Positions 52,170 through 64,000 of a stretch of 64,000 bases of DNA are shown here, in pieces; positions within the stretch are counted from its first letter, which is position 1; each line of letters begins with the position of its first letter. The notes under the pieces are model-generated. The model worked only from the letters and a program-made list of their open reading frames with translations. It searched no databases and had not been told where the DNA came from. Where the stretch lies: assembly GCA_951406725.2 (NCBI GenBank), contig OX597817.1:159154001-159218000 (forward strand). Direction: 5' to 3'. Made by a program: the position numbers and the translations under genes. Origin of the DNA: Octopus vulgaris. Lineage: Eukaryota.

Positions 52170-52562
52170 TTTCTTTCAGTTATTGAATTATAGCCATTCT
52201 GGAGCCTTGAAGGGTTTAGTCGAAGAGATCGACCCCGCCAGGACTTAATCGTTTTTGTTTTTTTTTTCAAGTCTCGTGCTTATTCTATCGTTTTTTTTTC
52301 TGGTGGATCGCTATTCTACGAGGACGTAAATAAACCAGCACCGGTTGTTAAGTGGTGAGGGGAGAGACGAACAGACACAAAGACACACACGTATACAATA
52401 TACATATATGTGATAGGTTTCCACAGTTTCTGTCAATCAGATCCACTCACAAAGCGTTGGTCGGTCCGGGACTATAATAGAAGACAATTGCCCAAGGTGC
52501 CACGTAGTGGGACTGAACCTGAAACCACGTTTTGGGTTCATTCGAATTTCTTAACCACACAA
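52170..52562 (-). mobile_element. Diverged SINE family A
   Basis: Family motifs on the reverse strand. Confidence 0.7.
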
Positions 52563-52723
52563 CCAATAGGGCGCACGGGTTAGTCAAATAAGTGTCTTGC
52601 TAAACCGCTGACGTAGCCTCTATGTGGTTATTTAACCTTATAGAAATAGAAATCGAATTTCCTCCAAAGCAGGTCTCGCTATTTTAAAAGATAAGTAGAC
52701 ACATTTGATAATGTTGCATAAAT

Positions 52724-53370
52724 CAGTGGTTCTCATCTATTTTTAACCTATGGGTCCCTTTGATTCTTATTTTACTCTGCTGGATCCCCATAGCCATTTG
52801 ATGTTTAAAAATATTCCTATTATATTTTTATTATTAAAATAGCAATATCGCCCGGCGTTGCTCGGCTTTGTTTCGACCTTTTAGAATTGGAATTTTTGAA
52901 AAGTAAAAAATTTGCATCATGTAACTTGTTATTCTCTTTAAGTGAGTATTTTTCTGATTGAAATACACCCAAAAATTGCCACATGGCAGTTCAAAAATCG
53001 TAAAAAATAGGGATTTTCATAGAAAAAAAAGCACCTTTTTTATGTAAATAATTTTTGGTGTTAACATGGTCCTATTTGAATTTTTTTCCTCTACGGCAGG
53101 AAGAGCAAGCCTTCTTCTATCATACTCTCAATTTTGGTCAACTTGCGCCGCAGGGGCTCGGAGGGGATAGTGTTAGTTGAAGGCTACCAAACCTGCCATA
53201 CACAGACAACTTCAGCATTATATATAGAGAGATATTAATAGGAATTTTATTAAGATATTGTTGAATACATTGTGTATTGTAGAAGTATGACCAATTTATT
53301 GAACATATAGTGTAACAACAAAATCTTATATGGCCCGCCAAGGGTCATATTGACCCGGTTGAGAACCACT
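52724..53370. mobile_element. hAT (Charlie-like) MITE with a nested Helitron
   Basis: TIRs cagtggttctca / tgagaaccactg; Helitron at ~52839-53232. Confidence 0.75.
52839..53232 (-). mobile_element. Non-autonomous Helitron (same 3' hairpin, different body)
   Basis: tagcaatatcgcccggcgttgctcgg at the left end; tatatatagagaga|t at the right end. Confidence 0.7.
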
Positions 53371-53632
53371 GCCCTAGATAATGCAGCCATTCACGGCTGA
53401 AGTCTCTTTGATCTTAGCTTTACTCGTTCAAGGTTGACTGGGACATAAACAACAAAATTAATGCCTTGCGGCATTTAGCCACCTCCTGCGAATTCTAAGC
53501 CCAAATCTCGTAGAGATCAGTTTTCAATGAATCCATCAGAGTTTGTCAGTGAAGTTGGGCTGGCTTTGTTATTTATTTATGTTTAAATATAGTGGAACCT
53601 AACAGAATCGCAAGAGTGCTGCATAAAACATT

Positions 53633-53826
53633 TTAGCCCCTTGTGGGTAATAAAGAAATAGGTATTTCGTCTGTCTTTACGTTCTGAGTTCAAATTCAGC
53701 TGAGGTCAACTTTGCTTTTCATCCTTTCGGTGTCGATAAATTAAGTACCATTTGCGTACTGAGTCAATCTAATCGACTGACCCCCTCCCCAAAATTTCGG
53801 GTCTTGTGCCTAGAATAGAAAAGAAT
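53633..53826 (+). mobile_element. SINE B chimeric fragment
   Basis: Tail of one unit plus a headless unit with the alternative tail. Confidence 0.78.
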
Positions 53827-54271
53827 ATTTTAATTTCTTAGTTACGCAATTTTACTATTGAATTTAGTTGCAAAGGTCGATCAAATAAAGTACCGGTCAA
53901 GTACAGGGTGAATGATATCGAACAACACCATCCTCTCCAAAATTCGATGGAAATAATTATCAAACCCGACAACTGAGTGGTCTTGTACTTATATTAGAAA
54001 TTATCTATATTATCATCGTTGCTTTTCGTTTAGGCACAAGGGCGGCAATTTTGAGGGGAGGGGCATTGGTCGATACTAGTACTAGAATAGTACTTAACCC
54101 ATCTCCAGAGGAAGTAAAGAAACGTTGATCTCGACTGGATTTACCACAGAACGTTAACAGCCGGAACATATAACAAAAGGCAACTATTCCCCCAATCCAA
54201 TGCCTGCTGTGTCTGAGACTTCAATTACGCATATTTCGCAGGTTAGGGGAACACCTCATGGCCCATATCTT

Positions 54272-54499
54272 ATTTCTTTATTGCCCACAAGGAGCTAAAC
54301 ACAAAGGGGACAAACAAGGACAGACAAAGGGATTCAGTCGATTACATCGACCCCAGTGCGTAACTGGTACTTAATTTATCGACCCCGAAAGGATGAAAGG
54401 CAAAGTCGACCTCGGCGGAGTTTGAACTCAGAACGTAACGGCAGACAAAACACCGCTAAGCATTTCGCCCGGCGTGCTAACGCTTCTGCCAGCTCGTCG
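54272..54499 (-). mobile_element. SINE family B monomer
   Basis: 18-bp TSD cctcatggcccatatctt (54254-54271 / 54500-54517). Confidence 0.9.
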
Positions 54500-55264
54500 C
54501 CTCATGGCCCATATCTTTCCAGGTTATAGACTCTACAGGGGAATTTGAACTCAGTACAGTAAGGTAACGAACCATTTTTCAATTTTATGTTGCAACCGTT
54601 CCTTGGAACAGTCAGTTGTATCTATTACCTACCATATGGTACCCATAGTTGTTACTGTTTTAGGCCCACATTAGCCTGCAGCATACTTCATGATCAAGCA
54701 TAGGTGTGTCGTTAAGAGGTTCACTTCACAGTTACAAGTTTTGGGGATCCATCCAAACACGCAGTACCTTAGATAAGTAAGTACCTTTTGACATAGTCTT
54801 GAGTCAACCCAATCCTTGTTACGGAAATTGGTTATACGATATGACTAATTTATTCTTGGATAGCATACTTCATGTATCATCCGATTTAACACAGGGTATT
54901 TCAAGATGGTGAGGGTGGGGCTTTGAAGGCTCCTACTCTATTCCAAGCATTGGCGTCAGTTCTTCAATCCGAGGATAACTTGCTCCTACCAGTCATAGAT
55001 GCCTTGAAAACGTTAATGGACGCTGATCACTCTCCTCCTCTAATCCACGAAAAAGAAATTATTTTTTAAAAATGGTTTTGCAGCCTGGATGATTTTTTTT
55101 CGGGATCAGAGTATGTAGGGCCATATTAGTTAGAGTGTGTTTATTATAAAAACGATACAATGTAATTTTTAGGAGCCGTATTTGCTATATTTATCAGTGG
55201 TTCTGAATCTTTTCCCAACCAAGAATTCGTTTCATGCAAATGAGTTTTTCGAAAAAAATTTTTT

Positions 55265-55348
55265 TTTCTAATGTTTCTAATTACTCAAAAAATTTCTAAT
55301 GTTTCTAATTACTCAAAAAATTTCTAATGTTTCTAATTACTCAAAAAA
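55265..55348. repeat. 28-bp tandem repeat x3
   Basis: Unit tttctaatgtttctaattactcaaaaaa. Confidence 0.9.
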
Positions 55349-55886
55349 ATTTGAGTCAGCACCTAAATGCTATCTTTGAGAGGCCCCAGAGTTCTGCAGA
55401 TTACAGATTAGGAACTGCCTTATTGATTCATCTGTGGCTTCCATTCTCAATCAAATGAACCAAGCTTTTGAGAGTTGACAAGATTCGAGTCACCAAAACT
55501 TTCGGCTGGTCGCGCGTTAATCAATCAATCTACACTTTGTCGGACGGCGAGCTGGCAGAATTGTTTGAGCGTCGGGCCAAATGCTTTACAGTATTTCTTC
55601 CAGCTTTTAACCTTCTGACCACAAATTCCACCCAAATCAACTTTTGACTTTCACCATTTTGTAGTGGGATCGATGGAATCGACAAACCTACAATCAAAAT
55701 TACTGACTTTGTGTCTAAATCAAACATTTGTTATTACATTGATTTAGCCAAGGGAGAAAGGACATTGGTTATGATCCTTTTTGAAAAAGCTTTCCAAGAC
55801 TAATGAGAGAAATGGGAAAAAGAAATCGAACAGCTGCTCTTGGATCTTTAAAACAATAGACTTTGCTAAAAACATCCAAGAACTGA

Positions 55887-56272
55887 ATGGAAGCACTCCG
55901 TCGGTTACGACAACGAGGGTTCCGGTTGATCCGAATCAACGGAACAGCCTGCTCGTGAAATTAACGTGTAAGTGACTGAGCACTCCACAGACACGTGTAC
56001 CCTTAACGTAGTTCTCGGGGATATTCAGCGTGACACAGAGAGTGACAAGGCCGGCCCTTTGAAATACAGGTACAACAAAAACAGGAAGTAAGAGTGAGAG
56101 AAAGTTGTGGTGAAAGAGTACAGCAGGGATCACCACCATCCCCTGCCGGAGCCTCGTGGAGCTTTAGGTGTTTTCGCTCAATAAACACTCACAACGCCCG
56201 GTCTGAGAATCGAAACCACGATCTTATGACCGCGAGTCCGCTGCCCTAACCACTGGGCCATTGCGCCTCCAC
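55887..56272 (-). mobile_element. SINE family C, full length
   Basis: TSD atccaagaact (55874-55884 / 56274-56284); near-identical to 3299-3689. Confidence 0.9.
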
Positions 56273-58126
56273 TATCCAAGAACTAAGAGATACAGTTAAA
56301 CAGCGATTAAATTCATCTTCCACCCAAGATCTAATACAATTTACCCGATGTGCCTGCATAGTTTCCATCTACCAGATCTCACCCACAATACAAGTTGGCA
56401 AAATCGTTAGAGTGTAGGATAAAATACCTTGTGGTATTGTTTCGGGCCTTCTGCGCTTATTGTTCAAATCCTGTCGAGGTAAATTTGCTTTTCACACTTT
56501 CTGGGTCGATAAAATACATTGTCGGTTCAGGGTGGGGGATTGTCGAAACAAAATACCTTGCAGTATTTGATCGGGCTGTCTGTACTCAACTTTCGACTTT
56601 GCCTTTTACACTTTTCAGGTCGATAAAATAGATTATCAGTTCATAGTGGCGGATTGATAGAACTAGTAGAACATCCAAACAGATATCTTGCGATATTTGT
56701 TCAGACCCTCTCTTTGCGTTCTGAGTTCTTGGGTTTTAGACTTTACTTGTCACCCGATCTTTGTCGTGTCATTTGCAGAGTTCGCACTATTGCAAGCATT
56801 TTGAACCCGGTCTCCGATTTAAAGATGATTTCCTCTCTTCTTCAAACCAGTTTTTAGGCCCTGAAAGTAAAAATTATAAAGGATCACGTGCACTTACTAA
56901 CCCCTACTTACTGACAAAGCAATAAAAAAGAATTTTTTTGAAGTCGATTGACAGAAGTCACTTTACCAAAGTGCAGCGCAGTAGGATCGAACCCAGAATA
57001 TTTACTACATTTCACCCAGATTCTCATTTGATAAAGTAAATAACATAAAGGGATCCATTTTTATTTTTTCATTTAGATGAGAAATGAAGCAAAATAACAG
57101 AATCACTGAGTGATGGCTAAAATGCTTTATATTCGGTAGCAAAAGTCGATGAAATAAAAATACCAGTCACAAACTGGAGTCGATGATATGGGGTAATCCC
57201 ATCCCCTAAAAGTTACTAGCTCTTGCCTAGATTAGAAACCAGTATTTAGTAACAAAGTATCAGGTTCCGACTTCAAATTTTTTTCGATATTGATAAAATA
57301 AAGGAGCAGCTGATTTAATCCAAAGCATCCTTAAAAGTAAAAATATGAACCGGAGCAAAAGCTTAAGAAAATTTTTTATGAGTTGAAGGGAGAACCGTAT
57401 TCACACCTTTATAGACCATCCCAGAATGTTGGCGTCAATGCAGTTGATATTCATTCTTTTAAGTTAAGGGTTAAGCAAAATGCTTAGTTTGGGGTTTGGT
57501 AGGATGACACAATATAGGAGGGCCGAGAGAAAGTAGTGTGCTTGGAGTGGATTTGAATGGAAAGTAAGCAGATTGTTTGTTTAGAGTGTGATTAATCGTC
57601 GCAGAAACGGTAAGCGAGACAGAGATAAGAACTAGTATGTATTTTACTTTTACTCACTAATTATTGGTGTGCTGGTGACTAAGTCTTTGCTAATTAGATG
57701 AATGGTGTCTTGGGGGAAACGCTGTCTAGAATGTTTTTGTATGTAGAAGCCGTACCATCCCAGACAAGATACCATTGCAAATGAGAGATGTCAATGGACT
57801 CAACCAATTAAACAAAAAAAAAAAAAAAAAAAAAGAGTGGTGAGGACGACAAAGAAAGAGAAAGGAAGTGATGGAGAAAGAGGTGGGGAGAGATACAATA
57901 AAAGAGTCGAGTTATAAATCTATAATGAGCGGACAATTAATTCCAGTTAGGGGTGAAAGAGAAGCCGGATGTAATAAGAAATAGATATACAATGTCGTAG
58001 TAGCACCTGGAATTTTCCTTTTTTTCTGCCACCTCATCAACCTCTTACACGACCATATCCTGCAACCAAAACCGCTCCTAGTTTAAAACCCATTTTGTTT
58101 GTTCCATTATTTAAAAAAATTCTTAA

Positions 58127-58725
58127 GGCGGCGAGCTGGCAGAATCGTTAGCACGCCGGGCGAAATGCGTAGCCGTATTTCGTCAGCCGTTACGTTCTGG
58201 GTTCAAATTCCGCCGAGGTCGACTTTGCCTTTCATCCTTTCGGAGTCGATAAATTAAGTACCAGTTACGCACTGGGGTCGATATAATCGACTTAATCCGT
58301 TCGTCTGTCCTTGTTTGTCCCCTCTGTGTTTAGCCCCTTGTGGGTAGTAAAGAAATAGGTATTTCGTCTGCCGTTACGTTCTGGGTTCAAATTCCGCCGA
58401 GGTCGACTTTGCCTTTCATCCTTTCGGAGTCGATAAATTAAGTACCAGTTACGCACTGGGGTCGATATAATCGACTTAATCCGTTTGTCTGTCCTTGTTT
58501 GTCCCCTCTGTGTTTAGTCCCTTGTGGGTAGTAAAGAAATAGGTATTTCGTCTGCCGTTACGTTCTGGGTTCAAATTCCGCCGAGGTCGACTTTGCTTTT
58601 CATCCTTTCGGAGTCGATAAATTAAGTACCAGTTACGCACTGGGGTCGATATAATCGACTTAATCCGTTCGTCTGTCCTTGTTTGTCCCCTCTGTGTTTA
58701 GTCCCTTGTGGGTAGTAAAGAGATA
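58127..58725 (+). mobile_element. SINE family B trimer (184-bp period)
   Basis: gttcaaattcc at 58201, 58385 and 58569; only the first unit has the 5' head. Confidence 0.9.
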
Positions 58726-59783
58726 TATTTTAAAAAATTATTTTCGTTTCTTACTTAAACAGGATTCGAATAATCCTATCAGGTGGTGCTATTAAGTTAG
58801 ACATGGCCTGGACCAATCTCTGGTCGAAACATATCTAAGTATCTAAGTTTACCTCCCTCTTTGTTTTATGTGTATCTTCCTCTCTCACTGGCTTCCATGT
58901 TATTTTAACTGTCATTGTCTTTCCCTTATTTTTTCTTCTTCCTTCTCTCTCTCTTAACTTTCCACCTCTATCAATTTCTTTCAGCCATAATGTCACTCAA
59001 AACACCCATGATGAATATATGCATGTTTGTAGACTTCTCACGGTAAGCGACGCTATGTCTCAAGATATTTATCAATGTACTTTCACCTTTTCCCGCCGTC
59101 CAGCTGACAACCGTTTCGACACCTTAACAACAATGGCACCCGCACAAAGCTCACGACCCTTCGTACAGCGTACAACAACAGTTCTTTTGTTCAATGTCAC
59201 CATCTCCACACATACCTCCTGTCCGTTTGATGTCCACTCTCCTTATCAACCATTGACCTTTCCATCTGGTTAATGTGTTGATGGCTGGTAGCTTGGTTCA
59301 CTTTTCTTTTTCTGTTGTTTTTATTTCATTTTCTTTATTTTTTACTCTGTATATTTATTTATTCTCCTCTTCCCCTCATATCACTCCAGGTGCTGGTTTC
59401 CCTCCTCCTCCTACCCGTTTGCACAAATATTTTGCCGCCATGTTGCCGGCCCATACCAAGTGTCAGTCAAACACCCACGCTCAACAAACAACACTGGTAC
59501 ACATGTACTCGTTGCTTTTATGTCAAGCTAAAATAGTTTCAAATTAAAGTGTCTTTACCATTCACCTATTAATTAACTTATTCTCTCAGTTTCATTCACC
59601 AACACTCCCTTCGTTTTCTGTCTGAATATCTCTCTACCCACCTCGCTCTCGACTATATATGTATATGTGTGTGCGCATGTGTGCTTTACGTTTTACTAGC
59701 TTCGGTCGATAGATTGCGGCCATGCTGGAACACCACTTTCAAAGATTTTAATCGAACAAATTGACCTCAGTAATTATTTTTTG

Positions 59784-60194
59784 GGATCCTTTCGGTTTGA
59801 ACGGCAGTTTTTTCTAGCGGTGTCATATGAAATTGTCACCCATAATTATGACCCTATAATCGATCTATTGCATTTCAATCTCTTTTAGGATTAGGGGTGG
59901 GGAAGGGTATCTTTTTTTCTTCAGAAATGTAAATAAACCCAATCTGCTTCTTAAACGAGGGACATATTCATACGGCACAGAATGTTTTTTACCTCAATGG
60001 ACGTCACTGATTGGTTGAAATTGCAGAAATTGAAGAAAAAAACAACAAATATCTTACAAACTATAGAATTTTCTCAGTGAAGCCAAGAGAAAAAGATGTT
60101 TTATAAACACATTCTACCAGTATACGAAGTTTAAAATTTTTTAGTTACCTAGAAATTATGTTAAAAACTGCCGTTCAAACCGCCGAAAAGATCC
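59784..60194. mobile_element. GGATC-ended TIR element (copy 2) nested in an old SINE A
   Basis: TIRs and body match 43162-43583. Confidence 0.82.
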
Positions 60195-60406
60195 AATTTT
60201 TTTTACAATCTAGTACTTATTCTATCGATTTCTTACGTCGAAATCCTAATTCACGAGGACGTAAACAAACAAACACCGGCTGAGGGAAACACACAGATAT
60301 CAAGATACACACGCGCACACACACATACACACACTCACGCATATACACATACACACACACACATGATTTCTTTGGCGTTGATCAATTTTTAGTAAACTAA
60401 ACATTT

Positions 60407-60450
60407 AATAACCTCATATTTTATTAATTTTAATAAAATATGAGGTTATT
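60407..60450. repeat. AT-rich perfect palindrome (21-bp arms), partly re-duplicated to ~60492
   Basis: aataacctcatattttattaa-tt-ttaataaaatatgaggttatt. Confidence 0.85.
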
Positions 60451-61560
60451 TTATTTAAATAACCTCATATTTTAATAAAAATATAAGATTATTTTTCGGC
60501 CACTAATTTGAATAGCTTAATAAAGTACAAACCGAAGTCCTAGTGTGTGCGCGCGCGTGGTAGCGTGTGCGTAAAATTCTTGACGGGGGTGCCCCAGCAT
60601 GGCTTCAGTCTTATAACTGGAACAAGTGAATTAGGACCTGTTCAGTTTGGCTCACAGATTTAAAAAATTAATTTTTAACTGAACAGTTTGAAACTTCGTA
60701 TACTGGTGTAATTTCTCACGCAGAACACGGTTTACTTTGAACATTTTTGACAAAATTTCGTATCTTAGAAGTTATTTCGTGTTAAAGTTGTCGTATTTCA
60801 GTAATTTTAACCAATCAATGACGTGTGTTCAGTTGAAGAAAGCTACTGCTGTTTGCGATAGTAAACAAAGAGGATCAACCTCCGGGTCATCTCTAATAAA
60901 TGTCACCACTCTGTTCTATTCGTATCTTATCCTTTCCAGCACTGTGAATTCCTTACTCTTTCCGTTTCTACTAGCAGACAGCCACTTCTATACTATCAAC
61001 TACCAACCAGTGAGCGAACTTGTCACTGCCACTACAATTAACGTATTTTCCGGTGTATAAGCCGCTGTTTTTTACCTGGAAAATTTAGTGTCGGCTTATA
61101 GAAAGGTGCGCCTAATATGTGTTGCAGGAAGAAAATAGGGCACCGGGTTAGTTAAATAAGTGTCTTACTAAACCACTGAAGTAGACTCTATGTGGTTATT
61201 TAACCTTCTAGAAATAGAAATCGAATTTTCTCCAAAGCAGGAGGGATCTAGTTAAATCGATTCCCCTAATATATGTTTCAGGAGGAAAATAATCTGTGTA
61301 TGGAGATCGACTGATTCCACTAATTTTTTTTCAGAAGACAGGTCGGTTGGTGAACGACGTGAAAGACTACGGCTACAGTACATTGGTGCCAACAAGAAAA
61401 CAAATAATATTTTTGTTTTACCTTCATGTTTTGATAGTGTTATTTCTTATTTAAAAAAGACTTTTATATTGACGAAATGCGTTTCTTGTTGATTATAGTA
61501 AGATAAAATCATCACAATAACAATACATTTCATAGTTGTAAAATAAAGCATTTTGATACT

Positions 61561-61631
<71 letters not shown>

Positions 61632-61632
<1 letters not shown>

Positions 61633-62011
61633 TAGCAGTATCGCCCGGCGTTGCTCAGGTTTGTAAGGGAAATAACTATAAAGCATTTTTAGAGAGTTAT
61701 AGCCAAAAAATAGCAAAAAAATGGAAAAAAATTATGGTAAATTTTTTTTTAGTTAAAAAGGTGGAGTTGCGTCCCTAGACAGTCTGTGGTTTGTGTTTCG
61801 GATTCTCGACCCCATGTGGAATTTATCGATTTTTTTCAGAACTGGGGGAACTTTTCAAAATTTTCGCTGCGTTAGTTTTGAATTATGACATTGGGCTATG
61901 TGTGTGTCAAGTTTCATCAGAATCGGTTGAAAGCCGTGGTCAGGGTGAGGGTACAAGCAAACAGACACACAGAAACACGCACAGACAAACTGCCGTTTAT
62001 ATAGAGAGAGA
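61632..62011 (-). mobile_element. Non-autonomous Helitron
   Basis: a|ctagcagtatcgcccggcgttgctcagg... at one end and tatatagagagaga|t at the other; shares its 3' ~110 bp with 51771-52169. Confidence 0.78.
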
Positions 62012-62081
62012 TATACAGGTGGTGCTATTAAATTAGACATGGCCTGGGCCAATAATGGCCGAAACCTATCAAAGTATCAAA

Positions 62082-62158
<77 letters not shown>

Positions 62159-62310
62159 GGCGTAAGAGTGGCTGTGAGCAGGCGTAGGAGTGGCTGTGTG
62201 GTAAGCAGCTTGCTTACCAACCACATGGTTCCGGGTTCAGTCCCACTGCATGGCACCTTTGTGAGTGGATTTGTGAGTAGACGGAAATTGAAAGCCTGTC
62301 GTATATATGT

Positions 62311-62362
<52 letters not shown>

Positions 62363-62582
62363 GCGCGCGCGTGTGCGTGCGTGTGTGTGTATGTGTTTGT
62401 CCCCCCCAACATCGCTTGACAACCGATGCTGGTGTGTTTACGTCCCCGTACCTTCGCGGTTCGGCAAAAGAGACCGATAGAATAAGTACTTGGCTTACAA
62501 AGAATAAGTCCTGGGGTCGATTTGCTCGACTAAAAGCGGTGCTCCAGCATGGCCACAGTCAAATGACTGAAACAAGTAAAAA
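62159..62582 (+). mobile_element. SINE family A (with duplicated 5' tip)
   Basis: Match to the family consensus. Confidence 0.85.
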
Positions 62583-62644
62583 AGTATATATTATATATAA
62601 TCGTTTACTCATTTCAGTCATTAGACTGCAGCTATATATATATA

Positions 62645-62701
<57 letters not shown>

Positions 62702-62967
62702 CATCCAAGGATTGAGATGTAGGAAGAAAGCTTCAAGCAAACCGTAGTAAATATATATAAAGACTTTCAGGGACGGTAGTGGTTTATTGAAACGGAAGGT
62801 TATGGATTTTTTTCTTATCGAAGTACAATAAATTGAAAAATGTTCTTTTTATATTTAACGGTAGGCAAAACACGGTTGCCGAGTATGTGAATAAGCATTC
62901 TCATTGAATTTTCCATGTGTTAACATGTACCTCTTTGCCACAGTGTAAAATTTCATCTAATCAAGAT

Positions 62968-63048
62968 ATCCTTGGCCTGAAGAGCAGCCTGCAGTAAACA
63001 CCTCTCCAGGATATTTACCCACTTCTATGAAACATATGTAGCCCGGAT
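62968..63048 (+). ncRNA. Type I hammerhead ribozyme with extended stem II
   Basis: ATCC-TT-GGC-CTGAAGA-[45-nt stem II region]-GAAA-CAT-ATG-TA-GCC-C-GGAT; canonical core, palindromic stem III ACATATGT, GUA triplet; in a TA-flanked element at 62701-63070. Confidence 0.7.
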
Positions 63049-63068
63049 CTTATTTACTACATAACTCT

Positions 63069-63129
<61 letters not shown>

Positions 63130-63133
<4 letters not shown>

Positions 63134-63282
63134 TATATAGAAGGAGCTTCTACAGGACTAGATCTTCAAGAGAAATCTTAGCTTCCTGAAGATTTCTCTT
63201 GAATAACAGTTCTTGTAACTCCTTCTATATAATAAATTATTTTATATATATACCTTATTTACTGTGGTTATATCAACCCGGG
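63130..63282. mobile_element. Degenerate copy of the palindromic hammerhead-bearing element
   Basis: Shares ttattatatagaaggagcttctacaggactag and cttcctgaagatttctcttgaat with 21484-21667. Confidence 0.7.
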
Positions 63283-63388
63283 ATATATATATATATATAT
63301 AACGTAATTTGTTCTTCACAGGGATTCTAATTCTAGCTTGAGGTTTCTAGTTTCTAAAGGTTTTGTTACATACATACATACATACATA

Positions 63389-63792
63389 GGATCTAGATAA
63401 ACTAATTCACAGATTCTGCATTTTTAAAAATGAAAGTAAAAAATCTGAAAATCGGTTATATTGATGTAGTTTTCCACTGTTATTGCAGTGAATCCATGGT
63501 CTTGTGGAAAAAAAATTGAGGAAAAAGTTACAGAGGTTTAAAAATTGAAAAAAAAAAAATGTATTTTTAGCCAATAGTGAGACAGCGGAGTCAACTTAGT
63601 GGTGTCAACCTTAAGGTTGTACCCTGTGAAATTTATAGTTTAGCGTCTGTGAAATGACCTGTTACCTGTGTTTACTTTATGCGTATTTCAGTATGTATAC
63701 CTGTCATGTACATCATTAATATATAAGTGCATGTGGATGTATGTATTCCTATATAAGTTTATATGTATATGTGAATCAATTTAACTAGATCC
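63389..63792. mobile_element. GGATC-ended TIR element (second family)
   Basis: Imperfect 23-bp TIRs ggatctagataaactaattcaca / tgtgaatcaatttaactagatcc; a lone similar end at ~61244. Confidence 0.7.
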
Positions 63793-63891
63793 TACACACA
63801 AAACACACTCATAACATGCATACATGCGCACACATACACACACATACAAACACTACACACATACACACATGCACACATATGAACGCACATA

Positions 63892-64000
63892 CAGGGGTTA
63901 GACAAAATAATGGAAATACCTTAAAATTTAAAACAAATTAATTTTACTATGGGGTAGGACCGCCTTTGGCACTAATTATAGCTTGCATTCTACGAAGTAT
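63892..64000. mobile_element. Tc1-like transposon terminus (runs off the window)
   Basis: TA|CAGGGGTTAGACAAAATAATGGAAA, a typical Tc1 TIR start. Confidence 0.55.

Noticed and set aside
58127-58725. Regularly spaced repeats as a CRISPR-like array
   Set aside because: No unique spacers; these are SINE concatemers in eukaryotic DNA.

Overview
Eukaryotic, AT-rich, repeat-saturated DNA with no recognisable host protein-coding exon. The SINE/LINE repertoire suggests an Octopus genome (inference). Almost all ORFs in the track are microsatellite or SINE read-throughs. Contents: (1) several tRNA-headed SINE families (CORE-like family A, Meta-domain-like family B as monomers and multimers, family C), many with clear target-site duplications (TSDs); (2) fragments of RTE and R4/Dong-type LINEs, one ending in tandem C2H2 fingers; (3) a full-length but disabled mariner (3871-5140) and mariner-type MITEs; (4) a Buster/Charlie-type hAT remnant, three Helitron-type non-autonomous elements, GGATC-ended TIR elements and a Tc1 end; (5) a ~14 kb direct duplication (12422-26622 vs 26723-40492) straddling a 100-N gap, most likely uncollapsed haplotypes. 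The most interesting signal is a set of type I hammerhead ribozyme folds, some canonical and some with core variants. They lie in short, often palindromic, Penelope-like elements docked in (TA)n microsatellites at ~21.5, 35.4, 49.6, 49.9 and 63.0 kb. All calls were made by eye, without searches.
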